The position numbers and the translations under genes are program-made. DNA of 39,986 nt, taken from Candidatus Spechtbacterales bacterium. GTDB taxonomy: Bacteria; Patescibacteriota; Minisyncoccia; Spechtbacterales; 2-12-FULL-38-22. Below are positions 1-8,176 of this stretch, piece after piece. Location of the stretch: positions 1 to 39,986 of the forward strand of contig JBBDXP010000009.1 of the NCBI GenBank assembly GCA_040902285.1. Reading direction: 5' to 3'. Every line of letters begins with the position of its first letter. The first letter of the stretch is position 1. The notes beneath the pieces were generated by a model. That model was given only the letters and a program-made list of their open reading frames with translations. It ran no database searches and was not told the origin of the DNA.

Positions 1-123
1 ACAAATTCCGTCGGCGCAAAACGCGAGGGTGCGGCGGAAGGGGGGCGTGGGGGGAATTCCGCCGCGCCCGAGCGAATAGAAAAAGAGGCCAGCCCCGCCG
101 CCCTGCTCGGTCAGAGCAGAACA

Positions 124-205
124 CCACAAAAAAGTTTTCTTTTCCTTTTAGAAGAAAAAATCGGGCGCGCGCACATCAGGAAAAGCAGAGAAAACTTTTT
201 TGTGG
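124..205. repeat. 17-bp perfect inverted repeat hairpin inside a GC-rich non-coding block (1-260)
   Basis: ccacaaaaaagttttct (124-140) pairs with agaaaacttttttgtgg (189-205), and the stem extends through cttttcc/ggaaaag. The flanks are GC-rich and partly complementary (agccccgccgcc / ggcggcggggcggct). Confidence 0.7.
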
Positions 206-290
206 GGTGGCGAGCGTCAGTTCGCGGCGGCGGGGCGGCTTCCTTAGTTCCGTTCAAAAAAGGTTCGCGCAAAGTGTATAATTACAGCAC

Positions 291-995
291 ATGCAGCCGG
301 AGGTTATATATGAATCCGAAGATTTGGTTGTGATTAACAAGCCGGCAGGCATGTTGACTCACAAAACTCCAACCAGCAACGAACGCACGCTGGTTGATTT
401 TATTTTGGAAAAATATCCGGAGATAAAAGGTGTTGGAGAAGATACAAATCGTCCCGGAATTGTGCATCGCTTAGACAGAGATACCTCCGGATTGATCGTT
501 GTTGCTAAAACGCAAGGGGCATATAAAAAACTGAAACAACTTTTTCATGACAGAAAAATAGAAAAAAGCTACTGGGCGCTTGTTTGGGGCATTATCAAAG
601 AAAATAATGGTATTATTGAAAAAGAAATCAAAACGATCGCGGGCAAAAAATATACAAAAGAACAGTTTAGTCAAAAAGAATCAGGCAAAAGCAGGCCGGC
701 TGTAACCTACTGGGAGACGAAAAAAAGATTTAACGATACGACATTTTTAAGCGTAAGCCCAAAAACAGGTAGAACACATCAAATAAGGGTGCATTTGGCC
801 TCAATCGGCCATCCGATAGTATGCGACAAGCTGTATGCGGGCAAAAAAGAATGTCCTGATGCGCTTGGCAGAATGTTTTTACACTCGTATTTTTTAAAAA
901 TTCCTCTAAATCAAGGCACTGTACTGGAATTTGAAATAGAATTGCCAGGGGAGTTGAAAAAATTTTTAGAAAGCGTTAAGATTGCCAAGCAATAG
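291..995 (+). CDS. RluA-family pseudouridine synthase
   Basis: The 234-aa ORF carries the HRLDRDTSG catalytic motif of the RluA/RsuA pseudouridine synthase family. A TATAAT box at 277-282 lies only ~8 nt before the ATG, so the mRNA may be leaderless. Confidence 0.85.
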   Translation: MQPEVIYESEDLVVINKPAGMLTHKTPTSNERTLVDFILEKYPEIKGVGEDTNRPGIVHRLDRDTSGLIVVAKTQGAYKKLKQLFHDRKIEKSYWALVWGIIKENNGIIEKEIKTIAGKKYTKEQFSQKESGKSRPAVTYWETKKRFNDTTFLSVSPKTGRTHQIRVHLASIGHPIVCDKLYAGKKECPDALGRMFLHSYFLKIPLNQGTVLEFEIELPGELKKFLESVKIAKQ

Positions 996-1017
996 GTTTT
1001 ATGATAAAATAACCCGC

Positions 1018-1680
1018 ATGGATACCAAGATTTTGTTAAAAAGCCAATTAAAAAATAACATCCCCGATATAAGGCCGGGACAGGTTATTCGCGTACATGA
1101 AAAAATACAAGAAGGAGACAAGTCCAGAACACAGGTTTTTGAGGGCCTAGTAATAGCCACAAAGCATGGCAGAGGGTTGGACGGCACATTTACCGTAAGA
1201 AAAATAGGCGCCGGAGGTGTAGGCGTAGAGAGAACATTTCCTATTCATATGCCGGCACTTGAAAAAATAGAAGTTTTAAGGAAAGAAAATGTAAGGCGTG
1301 CTAAACTATATTATGTAAGGGAGCAAATCGGCAAAAAGACAAAGAAGCGAAAGACAAAACTACAGGAACTGGTGTTTGATATGGGAGGAACCCAAGAAGA
1401 GATAAGCGACGAGCAACAAGAGACAGGCGACAAGGCGGAGGAGCAGACCACAGAGGAAAGCACAACCGAAACTAATGAAAGCGCGGCTGAGAAAGAATCC
1501 GCGGAGGCCGATAAGGAAATAAAAGAAGAAAGTTCTAAAACAAAAGAACCGGTTTCGTCCGAGGATAGCCAAGGTGAAATCAAGGTGGAAACAAAAGAAG
1601 AAGAGAAAAGTTTTAAAGAAAAAACAGAAGAATCTGTTGTGCCTGATGACAACCAGGGCGAACTCAAAAAAGGGGGATAA
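1018..1680 (+). CDS. rplS: 50S ribosomal protein L19 with ~105-aa acidic/Lys-rich C-terminal extension
   Basis: Starting at MDTKIL the sequence aligns to L19 ([12 protein letters not shown]..., [21 protein letters not shown]). It is followed by a low-complexity E/K/T-rich tail that ends in ...ELKKGG. The six-frame track begins the ORF at a TTG at 982; the ATG at 1018 fits the L19 N-terminus. Confidence 0.85.
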   Translation: MDTKILLKSQLKNNIPDIRPGQVIRVHEKIQEGDKSRTQVFEGLVIATKHGRGLDGTFTVRKIGAGGVGVERTFPIHMPALEKIEVLRKENVRRAKLYYVREQIGKKTKKRKTKLQELVFDMGGTQEEISDEQQETGDKAEEQTTEESTTETNESAAEKESAEADKEIKEESSKTKEPVSSEDSQGEIKVETKEEEKSFKEKTEESVVPDDNQGELKKGG

Positions 1681-1711
1681 AAAATAAACTTTTTATTTTT
1701 GACAAATATAT

Positions 1712-1796
1712 GCCGCGGTGGTGGAATTGGTTTACACAGCTGACTTAAAATCAGTGCCCGAAAGGGTTGAGGGTTCGAGTCCCTCCCGCGGCACCA
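1712..1796 (+). tRNA. tRNA-Leu(TAA), type II with long variable arm, CCA encoded
   Basis: Manual cloverleaf: acceptor gccgcgg/ccgcggc, anticodon loop cttaaaa (anticodon TAA), long variable arm, T-loop ttcgagt, 3' gcacca. Confidence 0.85.
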
Positions 1797-1984
1797 CGAT
1801 CACGCTTGTGCGTGGTCGAAATTGAACGAAGTGAAATTTTGTGACGGGGGAAGCAAAGCAATCTGTTTTGCTTTGCGCGGGACTCGAAAGGCGGACTGAC
1901 CCCGCCGCAGACGGGGGAGGGAGCCCGGGCAGGAAGTGCTTAGCGATGACGAGCGAAGCGAGGCAGAGCTTAGCAACTTGACGC

Positions 1985-2007
1985 CGAGTCCCTCCCGCGG
2001 CACCACG
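1985..2007 (+). repeat. 23-nt direct repeat of the tRNA-Leu(TAA) 3' end, followed by a GC hairpin
   Basis: cgagtccctcccgcggcaccacg at 1776-1798 is repeated exactly at 1985-2007. Both copies are followed by a short GC-rich hairpin (cacgcttgtgcgtg / cggccacgcctgggcgtggccg). Confidence 0.8.
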
Positions 2008-2033
2008 GCCACGCCTGGGCGTGGCCGAATCAT

Positions 2034-2072
2034 GCGCTCGTAGCTCAACTGGTTAGAGCACACGGCTTATAC
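2034..2072 (+). pseudogene. 5' half (acceptor to anticodon loop) of a tRNA with a cttatac anticodon loop, truncated
   Basis: gcgctcg-ta-gctcaactggttagagc-a-cacgg-cttatac forms a perfect acceptor 5' strand, D-arm, anticodon 5' stem and loop. The sequence then departs from any tRNA 3' half. Confidence 0.6.
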
Positions 2073-2177
2073 ACGAGGATAGTGAGCGAAAAGAAAGGTT
2101 TACTTTCTTTTCCGAACGACGCAGTGTATATAAAATATAAATGGCAGCGAGGAAGAAATAGGAGTGTGCGCGTATAT

Positions 2178-2251
2178 GCGCGTGTAGCTCAGTTGGTTAG
2201 AGCACGGAGCTTATACCTCCGCGGTCCTTGGTTCGAGTCCAAGCACGCGCA
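2178..2251 (+). tRNA. tRNA-Ile(TAT)
   Basis: Manual cloverleaf: gcgcgtg/cacgcgc acceptor, D-loop agttggtta, anticodon stem cggag/ctccg with loop cttatac (anticodon TAT), T-loop ttcgagt. The tRNA is flanked by a 12-nt complementary leader and trailer (ggagtgtgcgcg ... cgcgcacactcc). Confidence 0.75.
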
Positions 2252-2292
2252 CACTCCTATTTCGACCGAGTGAACCATTTATATAAAATATA

Positions 2293-2328
2293 TCCGTGCG
2301 GTTCCAGGTTCAAGTCCTGGCGGGCGCA
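2293..2328 (+). pseudogene. 3' half of a tRNA that can pair with the 5' half at 2034-2072
   Basis: ccgtg-cggtt-ccagg-ttcaagt-cctgg-cgggcgc-a. The ccgtg segment pairs with cacgg of the 5' half, and cgggcgc pairs with gcgctcg through one G-U wobble. Confidence 0.55.
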
Positions 2329-2348
2329 CAGTAATATAATTACCATAT

Positions 2349-2423
2349 GCCTGGGTAGCTCAGTGGTAGAGCAGTGGCCTGAAGAGCCTCGTGTCGGGTG
2401 TTCAATTCACCCCCCAGGCACCA
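2349..2423 (+). tRNA. tRNA-Phe(GAA), CCA encoded
   Basis: gcctggg/cccaggc acceptor, anticodon loop ctgaaga, T-loop ttcaatt, 3' a-cca. Confidence 0.85.
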
Positions 2424-2428
2424 CACAT

Positions 2429-2502
2429 GGGCGCTTAGCTCAGTTGGCTAGAGCGACTCGTTTACACCGAGTAGGTCGGGGGTTCGAGCCCCTCAGCGCC
2501 CA
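2429..2502 (+). tRNA. tRNA-Val(TAC)
   Basis: gggcgct/agcgccc acceptor, anticodon stem actcg/cgagt with loop tttacac, T-loop ttcgagc. Confidence 0.85.
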
Positions 2503-2705
2503 CAAATCACATAGTGATTTTGGGCGTGGGGGCGAGAACCCAAGAAAGGGGTCGGGAAAACATTTGTTTTCCCGCCTGCGTGGCCGAAGCCACTTCGTCG
2601 AGGCGAAGGCCCGTGGCGGAACAATTAAAACCGAGGGGCTTCGGCCGTGAGCTCAGCCGAACGGTTTTAAGGAGCGAAGCGACGGGTTCTACGAACGCAG
2701 TGAGG

Positions 2706-2724
2706 GAGCCCCTCAGCGCCCACA
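2706..2724 (+). repeat. 19-nt direct repeat of the tRNA-Val 3' end
   Basis: gagcccctcagcgcccaca at 2486-2504 is repeated at 2706-2724, ~220 bp downstream. The intervening sequence is GC-rich with several UUCG/GAAG-type tetraloop hairpins. Confidence 0.8.
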
Positions 2725-2732
2725 GCAAAATC

Positions 2733-2803
2733 GCGGGTGTAGTATAGTGGTAATACACCACCTTGCCATGGTGGAGCCGAGGGTTCGATTCCCTTCACCC
2801 GCT
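2733..2803 (+). tRNA. tRNA-Gly(GCC)
   Basis: gcgggtg/cacccgc acceptor, anticodon stem ccacc/ggtgg with loop ttgccat, T-loop ttcgatt. The 3' end cccgctcaaa recurs at ~2851-2860 within a pair of small hairpins. Confidence 0.85.
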
Positions 2804-2921
2804 CAAAATTATGAAATAATTTTGAGCGAGGCTCGCTCATCTTCGATGAGCGGCCCGCTCAAATTGCAAAATAGCACATTGTGTGCTATTTTATTATTAG
2901 CACATTCAAAGGAGTAAATAG

Positions 2922-3113
2922 GTGGAAGAAAAAGCAAAAGACGGCTGCTCGCATGCATGTACTTGCGAATGTCACAAGAACGATAGTGGAGCCAAACATA
3001 TAGTTTCGTGTTGCTTTGAATGTGAAAGATGTCACCAGCAGATATCTGAAATGTCTGCTAGCAAACACTTTGCCCTTTGCCACCGTTTGTTCTTTGTTTT
3101 TCCACCGTACTAG
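2922..3113 (+). CDS. Hypothetical small Cys/His-rich protein (63 aa, GTG start)
   Basis: A GGAG RBS lies 8 nt upstream of the GTG. The product has 11 Cys and 6 His in 63 aa, arranged in CxC, CxxC and CC motifs. A palindrome (aatagcacattgtgtgctatt) plus a direct half-site repeat sit just upstream. Confidence 0.35.
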   Translation: MEEKAKDGCSHACTCECHKNDSGAKHIVSCCFECERCHQQISEMSASKHFALCHRLFFVFPPY

Positions 3114-3150
3114 AAAGGAGGAGCCGTGGATAATACGCAGCTAAAACAAA

Positions 3151-3176
3151 AAGCCGGATAAAACCGGCTTTTATCG
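3151..3176 (+). terminator. Rho-independent terminator
   Basis: aagccgg-ataaaa-ccggctt followed by tttat. Confidence 0.6.
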
Positions 3177-3241
3177 TATCTTGATTTTATTGTGTTGTTG
3201 GGATATTATTATGCTCAGTTATTTTGTTGCGGGAGAGGTAA

Positions 3242-3418
3242 ATGACAAAGGAAGAATTGGACCAAATTGTAAAAAGGGATATGCCCGGATGGTCTTTGGC
3301 GGAAGATTTTCAGCTTAACCACAGGACCATAGGAGATGATTATATATTCATTGTGCGGAAAGGGTCAGATAGAAAGGTTGCCACCATTTCTAATGGTGCA
3401 ATTAAAAAAGCCGGATAA
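3242..3418 (+). CDS. Hypothetical small protein (58 aa)
   Basis: Read manually from the sequence: a GGAGAGG RBS precedes an ATG at 3242, giving MTKEELDQIVKRDMPGWSLAEDFQLNHRTIGDDYIFIVRKGSDRKVATISNGAIKKAG*. The ORF is below the 60-aa cut-off of the six-frame track and is followed by a terminator. Confidence 0.35.
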   Translation: MTKEELDQIVKRDMPGWSLAEDFQLNHRTIGDDYIFIVRKGSDRKVATISNGAIKKAG

Positions 3419-3425
3419 AACATCT

Positions 3426-4474
<1,049 letters not shown>

Positions 4475-4546
4475 AAATTACATTGACACAAAACATAAAA
4501 TATGATATAAACAACAGGTCTTCTTTGCGGAAGACTTTTTGTTTAT

Positions 4547-5221
4547 ATGGTTAGCAAACTCGGCCCTCTTCTTGTAAAGAAGGGGGTAAATACAATTAAA
4601 AAGATAAAAACCAGAAGCGTAAAAATACGCTTTGTTATCGGTTTAAGAAAATTTAAAACCTTGCGTATTTTGCCCAAGGTTTTGGTTGTTTTGGCCGGTA
4701 TGGCCTTTATACTTTCTGCCCAGTATTCTTTGGCTTATTACAATATTAATGCACTAGATTTAATATACGGCAGGTCTGTGTTTGTGAATGTTCCGGATTT
4801 TTCCGAAAATAGTGTGGATACGGCCATACAAAAACCAAGTCCGGCTTCTTATCTTGTCGGCGGAAACGCTTTTCTTGCGATATCTCCGCCTCCTATTGTA
4901 GTGCTTGAACCCACATATTCGGTCGAGAGAACCGTACTTATACCCATTACCGCTTATTCATCTACTACGGACCAAACAGACGCAAATCCGTTCATTACGG
5001 CTTCGGGAAGTCATGTGCGGGACGGCATAGTGGCTGCAAATTTTTTGCCCATTGGGACTAAAGTAAAAATACCGGAATTATATGGAGATAAAGTGTTTGT
5101 GGTGGAGGATAGGATGAATAAACGCTATTGGAACAAAATGGATATTTGGATGTCCACTAGGGCAGAGGCAAAAGCATTCGGGTTAAAGTATGTAAATGTG
5201 GATGTGATTCAGGAAGTGTAA
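4547..5221 (+). CDS. Membrane-anchored 3D-domain (MltA/YuiC-like) cell-wall protein
   Basis: An N-terminal TM helix is followed by a C-terminal 3D-domain signature: TASG...DGIVAANF...PIGTKVKIPELYGDKVFVVEDRMNKRYWNKMDIW. The start codon is uncertain. Confidence 0.65.
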   Translation: MVSKLGPLLVKKGVNTIKKIKTRSVKIRFVIGLRKFKTLRILPKVLVVLAGMAFILSAQYSLAYYNINALDLIYGRSVFVNVPDFSENSVDTAIQKPSPASYLVGGNAFLAISPPPIVVLEPTYSVERTVLIPITAYSSTTDQTDANPFITASGSHVRDGIVAANFLPIGTKVKIPELYGDKVFVVEDRMNKRYWNKMDIWMSTRAEAKAFGLKYVNVDVIQEV

Positions 5222-5242
5222 CGCGGATTTATATAGATAAAC

Positions 5243-5280
5243 AAAGAGCCAGATCCCATAAGGATCTGGCTCTTTGTTTT
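5243..5280. terminator. Bidirectional Rho-independent terminator between convergent genes
   Basis: aaagagccagatcc-cata-aggatctggctcttt is flanked by A and T runs. The 3D-domain gene (+) and ftsH (-) converge here. Confidence 0.7.
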
Positions 5281-5319
5281 AATCAGTATTAATCCAATAA
5301 AATCCGTATCTATCAAAGT

Positions 5320-7143
5320 TTACGCCGAGGCCATTAATTTTTCAAACTCCTTTTTTTCTATGGTTTCTTTTTCCATAAGGTGCTTTGCCAGTTTCTCTAA
5401 CTTGCTTCTATTTTTTTGAATGGTAACTTTTGCTATTCTTTGGGCTTCTTTTATGAATTTAGATACTTCCTTATCTATGGTGTAGGCAATTTCTTCCGAA
5501 TAGTTTCTTTGTCCGGCCAATTCTTTTCCCAAAAATACCATTTCTTCGGTGTCGCCAAACACAACAGGGCCTAGCTTGTTGCTCATTCCATATTTGGATA
5601 CAAGGCGCCTTGCCAAGTCAGATGCTCTTTTTAAATCATCCGATGCGCCGGTTGATATGTCATTCAACACCATTTTTTCGGAAATATATCCTCCCAAAAG
5701 TACCGCAAGTTCGGCTTCAAACTGCGCCTTGGTTCTGAAGCTTCTTTCTTCCGTGGGAACTTTTAACGTATAACCCCCGGCCTGTCCGCGGGATATTATG
5801 GACACTTTGTGTACAGGGTCGCTTTCGGGCAGGGCGTTTGCAACAACTGCGTGTCCCGCTTCATGGTACGCGGCGGTTTCTTTATCTCTTTGCGTGTAAA
5901 CCCTGCTCTTTTTCTCCGGTCCAAGCATAACTTTTTCTATTGAATCAAGAAGGTCAACTTGTTCTACACTTTTTTTATTTCTCCGTGTGGCGTATATAGC
6001 CGCTTCATTCATTAAGTTTTCCAAATCAGCCCCGGAAAAACCGGGAGTTCTTGCCGCTATTTCTTTTATATCCGTGTTTCTGGCAAGCGGTTTTCCTTTT
6101 GCGTGCAGTTTAAGTATGGCCTCTCTCGCTCTAAGATCCGGCAGGCCTATTATCACGCGGCGGTCAAACCGGCCTGGGCGCAAAAGCGCTGGATCCAGCA
6201 CATCGGGACGATTTGTGGCCGCCATAACTATTATGCTTGCTCCTTGCTCGAAACCGTCCATTTCGTTGAGTATCTGGTTGAGAGTTTGTTCGCGTTCATC
6301 ATTTCCTCCGCCCATACCCGCGCCCCGGAGCCGTCCGACGGCGTCAATTTCATCTATAAATACAATGGCGGGGGAGTTTTTCTTGGCGGTTTCAAAAAGG
6401 TCTCGCACACGGCTCGCTCCAACGCCCACGAACATTTCTACGAATTCTGACCCGCTTATGGAATAAAAGGGAACACCCGCTTCTCCCGATATAGCCCTTG
6501 CCAAAAGTGTTTTTCCGGTTCCCGGGGGGCCCATAAGCATAAGCCCTTTTGGTATGCGCGCGCCCATTTTAAGAAATTTGCGGGGAGTTTTTAAAAATTC
6601 TACTATCTCTTTTAGTTCTTCTTTTTCTTCATCTTCTCCTGCCACATCTTTAAAGGTTATCCCTTGTTTTTTACCTTGCGCCCCTCCGAATAATTTTGCT
6701 TTGGCCTTGCCGAATGTGAATGCCTGCGAAGCGCCTCTTTGCATTCCGCCAAGCATAAACCAAAGAAAAAGTCCTATTATTATAAATGGAATTAATATGG
6801 GTATTGCTATACCGATCCAGAAAAGTAATCCGCTCTCACCTTTTAATTCAAGATTAACTTGCGCTAAATTGTCCTCTCGTACGCCGTAATTTCGCAATGT
6901 TTCGGTAAGCGACGCTTCAGCTTCTTTTTGTGATTTTTGTTTTTCGCCATTTTTAAGGGTTATTTCCAGTTCAGAGCCGGATACAACGATACTTTCCACT
7001 TCTCCTTCGTTTATTTTGGTGGCCAAAGTGTTTAAAGAAATTTTTTCGGCTTCTTGTCCGGGAGAATAAAAAAACGTGGCGAAACTGATAATTGCTATAA
7101 AAACCAATGCAACTATCATTATGTTTTTTGTTAGAGATTTCAT
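5320..7143 (-). CDS. ftsH: ATP-dependent zinc metalloprotease FtsH
   Basis: N-terminal TM helices, Walker A GPPGTGKT, Walker B/second region of homology, and the HEAGH zinc-binding motif. Length is 607 aa. Confidence 0.95.
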   Translation of the reverse strand: MKSLTKNIMIVALVFIAIISFATFFYSPGQEAEKISLNTLATKINEGEVESIVVSGSELEITLKNGEKQKSQKEAEASLTETLRNYGVREDNLAQVNLELKGESGLLFWIGIAIPILIPFIIIGLFLWFMLGGMQRGASQAFTFGKAKAKLFGGAQGKKQGITFKDVAGEDEEKEELKEIVEFLKTPRKFLKMGARIPKGLMLMGPPGTGKTLLARAISGEAGVPFYSISGSEFVEMFVGVGASRVRDLFETAKKNSPAIVFIDEIDAVGRLRGAGMGGGNDEREQTLNQILNEMDGFEQGASIIVMAATNRPDVLDPALLRPGRFDRRVIIGLPDLRAREAILKLHAKGKPLARNTDIKEIAARTPGFSGADLENLMNEAAIYATRRNKKSVEQVDLLDSIEKVMLGPEKKSRVYTQRDKETAAYHEAGHAVVANALPESDPVHKVSIISRGQAGGYTLKVPTEERSFRTKAQFEAELAVLLGGYISEKMVLNDISTGASDDLKRASDLARRLVSKYGMSNKLGPVVFGDTEEMVFLGKELAGQRNYSEEIAYTIDKEVSKFIKEAQRIAKVTIQKNRSKLEKLAKHLMEKETIEKKEFEKLMASA

Positions 7144-7221
7144 GCGATATTAAAATTTTACTTTTATTTATTGTAGCACAGGGGAATTTTATATCACATA
7201 CCCAACAAAAATTCAATAAAA

Positions 7222-7259
7222 TAAAAAAGTGCCCCGCTCGCGTTAAGCGAACGGGGCAC
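7222..7259 (-). terminator. Rho-independent terminator of the GC-rich gene
   Basis: Read on the minus strand: gtgccccg-ttcgcttaacgcgag-cggggcac followed by ttttttatt. Confidence 0.65.
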
Positions 7260-7271
7260 ACGGGGCCCGGA

Positions 7272-8033
7272 CTAGCTGTCCGAACTCTCCTCTGAGACCT
7301 CGGCGGCCTCAGTTGTCTCCGGAGCGGTCTCCGCCGAGGCCTCCGAAGAGGTCTCATTGGCATGCCGCGCCTGTCGGAGAAGGCGCTTCTCGTCGCGGAC
7401 GCTGAAGTACTCCATGAGCACTCGGGCGCCCTTCACTCGGCCCTCATTCCGCATCTGCTCGGCAGCTGCGGAAACGAGGTCGTTTCCGAGGTTGACGTGC
7501 AGCCACTCCTTGCCGTTCTCGGACTTCGGCACGATGATCTTGCGATCCTCGGTGCCGTAGTTGGCAAGAGCGGTGTGGTTCAGCCCTTCGACCTCCAGCG
7601 CTTGCCGGAGCTTGGCGGACTTGAAGCCCACATCGAGGAGGTTCTGTCCGGATGTCCGGGCGGCCGCGAACAGCGACTGCACCGGAACTCGTCCGCTCAG
7701 AACTGGAACCACGAGACGGAAGACCACCTGCGCGCGGGACTGCTCGTTGAGCTGGTCCATGCGGTTCTGGAGATCCTCGAACTCCTCCGGCTGCTCTTCG
7801 TGCGGACGGCGCGTCGTGATGCGCTTTGCCGCGTTCAGGGCAGCGAAGAAGGGATTCTCGGAACCCTGTCCCGAAGGAGCACGGTTGCCGATGCTGGCGC
7901 GCGGGGCCCTGGCTGGTGCCTTGGCCTCGCTCTCGCTCGAACCAGAGATCTGGTTCTCCTGCATCTGCGTCTGCAGGTTCTCGATCTGCTCCGGAGTGAT
8001 CTCCTTGGGGGAGACACTTCTCTTGCTAGCCAT
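7272..8033 (-). CDS. Hypothetical protein encoded in a GC-rich (~60%) island, probable horizontally acquired gene
   Basis: A GAAGGAGG RBS lies 7 nt before the ATG (MASKRSVSPKE...). The ORF has strong GC3 codon bias unlike its neighbours, an acidic S/E/T-rich C-terminus, and no family I can recognise. The long plus-strand ORFs over the same region are typical GC-rich antisense artefacts. Confidence 0.6.
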   Translation of the reverse strand: MASKRSVSPKEITPEQIENLQTQMQENQISGSSESEAKAPARAPRASIGNRAPSGQGSENPFFAALNAAKRITTRRPHEEQPEEFEDLQNRMDQLNEQSRAQVVFRLVVPVLSGRVPVQSLFAAARTSGQNLLDVGFKSAKLRQALEVEGLNHTALANYGTEDRKIIVPKSENGKEWLHVNLGNDLVSAAAEQMRNEGRVKGARVLMEYFSVRDEKRLLRQARHANETSSEASAETAPETTEAAEVSEESSDS

Positions 8034-8108
8034 AATTACCTCCTTCAAGGTTGGCTATCTGACCGATGTCGGCGCTTTTGCGCCTTAAGTTCACTGGGAA
8101 CTGCAGTA

Positions 8109-8137
8109 ATATTAGCATATTTACTAAAAAATGTCAA
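8109..8137 (-). promoter_or_regulatory. Sigma70-type promoter for the GC-rich gene (TTGACA-17-TAATAT)
   Basis: On the minus strand: TTGACA (8137-8132), the 17-nt spacer ttttttagtaaatatgc, then TAATAT (8114-8109). Confidence 0.6.
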
Positions 8138-8155
8138 CATTAGTTGACATTTTTT
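8126..8155. promoter_or_regulatory. Perfect palindrome AAAAATGTCAAC-atta-GTTGACATTTTT: rpsA terminator overlapping the -35, candidate operator
   Basis: The 12-bp arms are perfectly inverted around a 4-bp spacer. With the minus-strand T-run the palindrome works as a terminator for rpsA, and one arm contains the TTGACA -35 of the downstream gene. Confidence 0.55.
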
Positions 8156-8176
8156 AAAGTTCTCAATTCTATTTTT

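Noticed and set aside
1797-2033. Group I intron or other self-splicing intron inside the tRNA-Leu(UAA) gene, as in cyanobacteria
   Set aside because: The upstream tRNA-Leu (1712-1796) is already complete and colinear, with its anticodon loop intact. The downstream copy is only a 23-nt 3' fragment, so this is not an interrupted gene.
1800-2650. Track ORFs 1800-2063(-), 2082-2273(+), 2228-2650(+) and 2507-2761(-/+)
   Set aside because: They run straight through tRNA genes and structured GC-rich spacer RNA, and have no RBS.
2503-2705. Structured 200-nt GC-rich spacer as a known ncRNA (RNase P RNA, SRP RNA, tmRNA or 6S)
   Set aside because: It is too short for RNase P or tmRNA. Hallmark motifs (the tmRNA tag reading frame, RNase P P4 sequences, the SRP domain IV GGAA/AGCA motif) are not evident. 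It is left as unclassified structured RNA.
5987-6889. Plus-strand ORFs of 111-159 aa inside ftsH
   Set aside because: They are antisense to a clearly conserved FtsH coding sequence, have no RBS and encode low-complexity products. These are shadow ORFs.
7362-8147. Long plus-strand ORFs (up to 261 aa) across the GC-rich island
   Set aside because: Open antisense frames are expected in GC-rich coding DNA. The minus-strand ORF has a consensus RBS, promoter and terminator, and the plus-strand ones do not.
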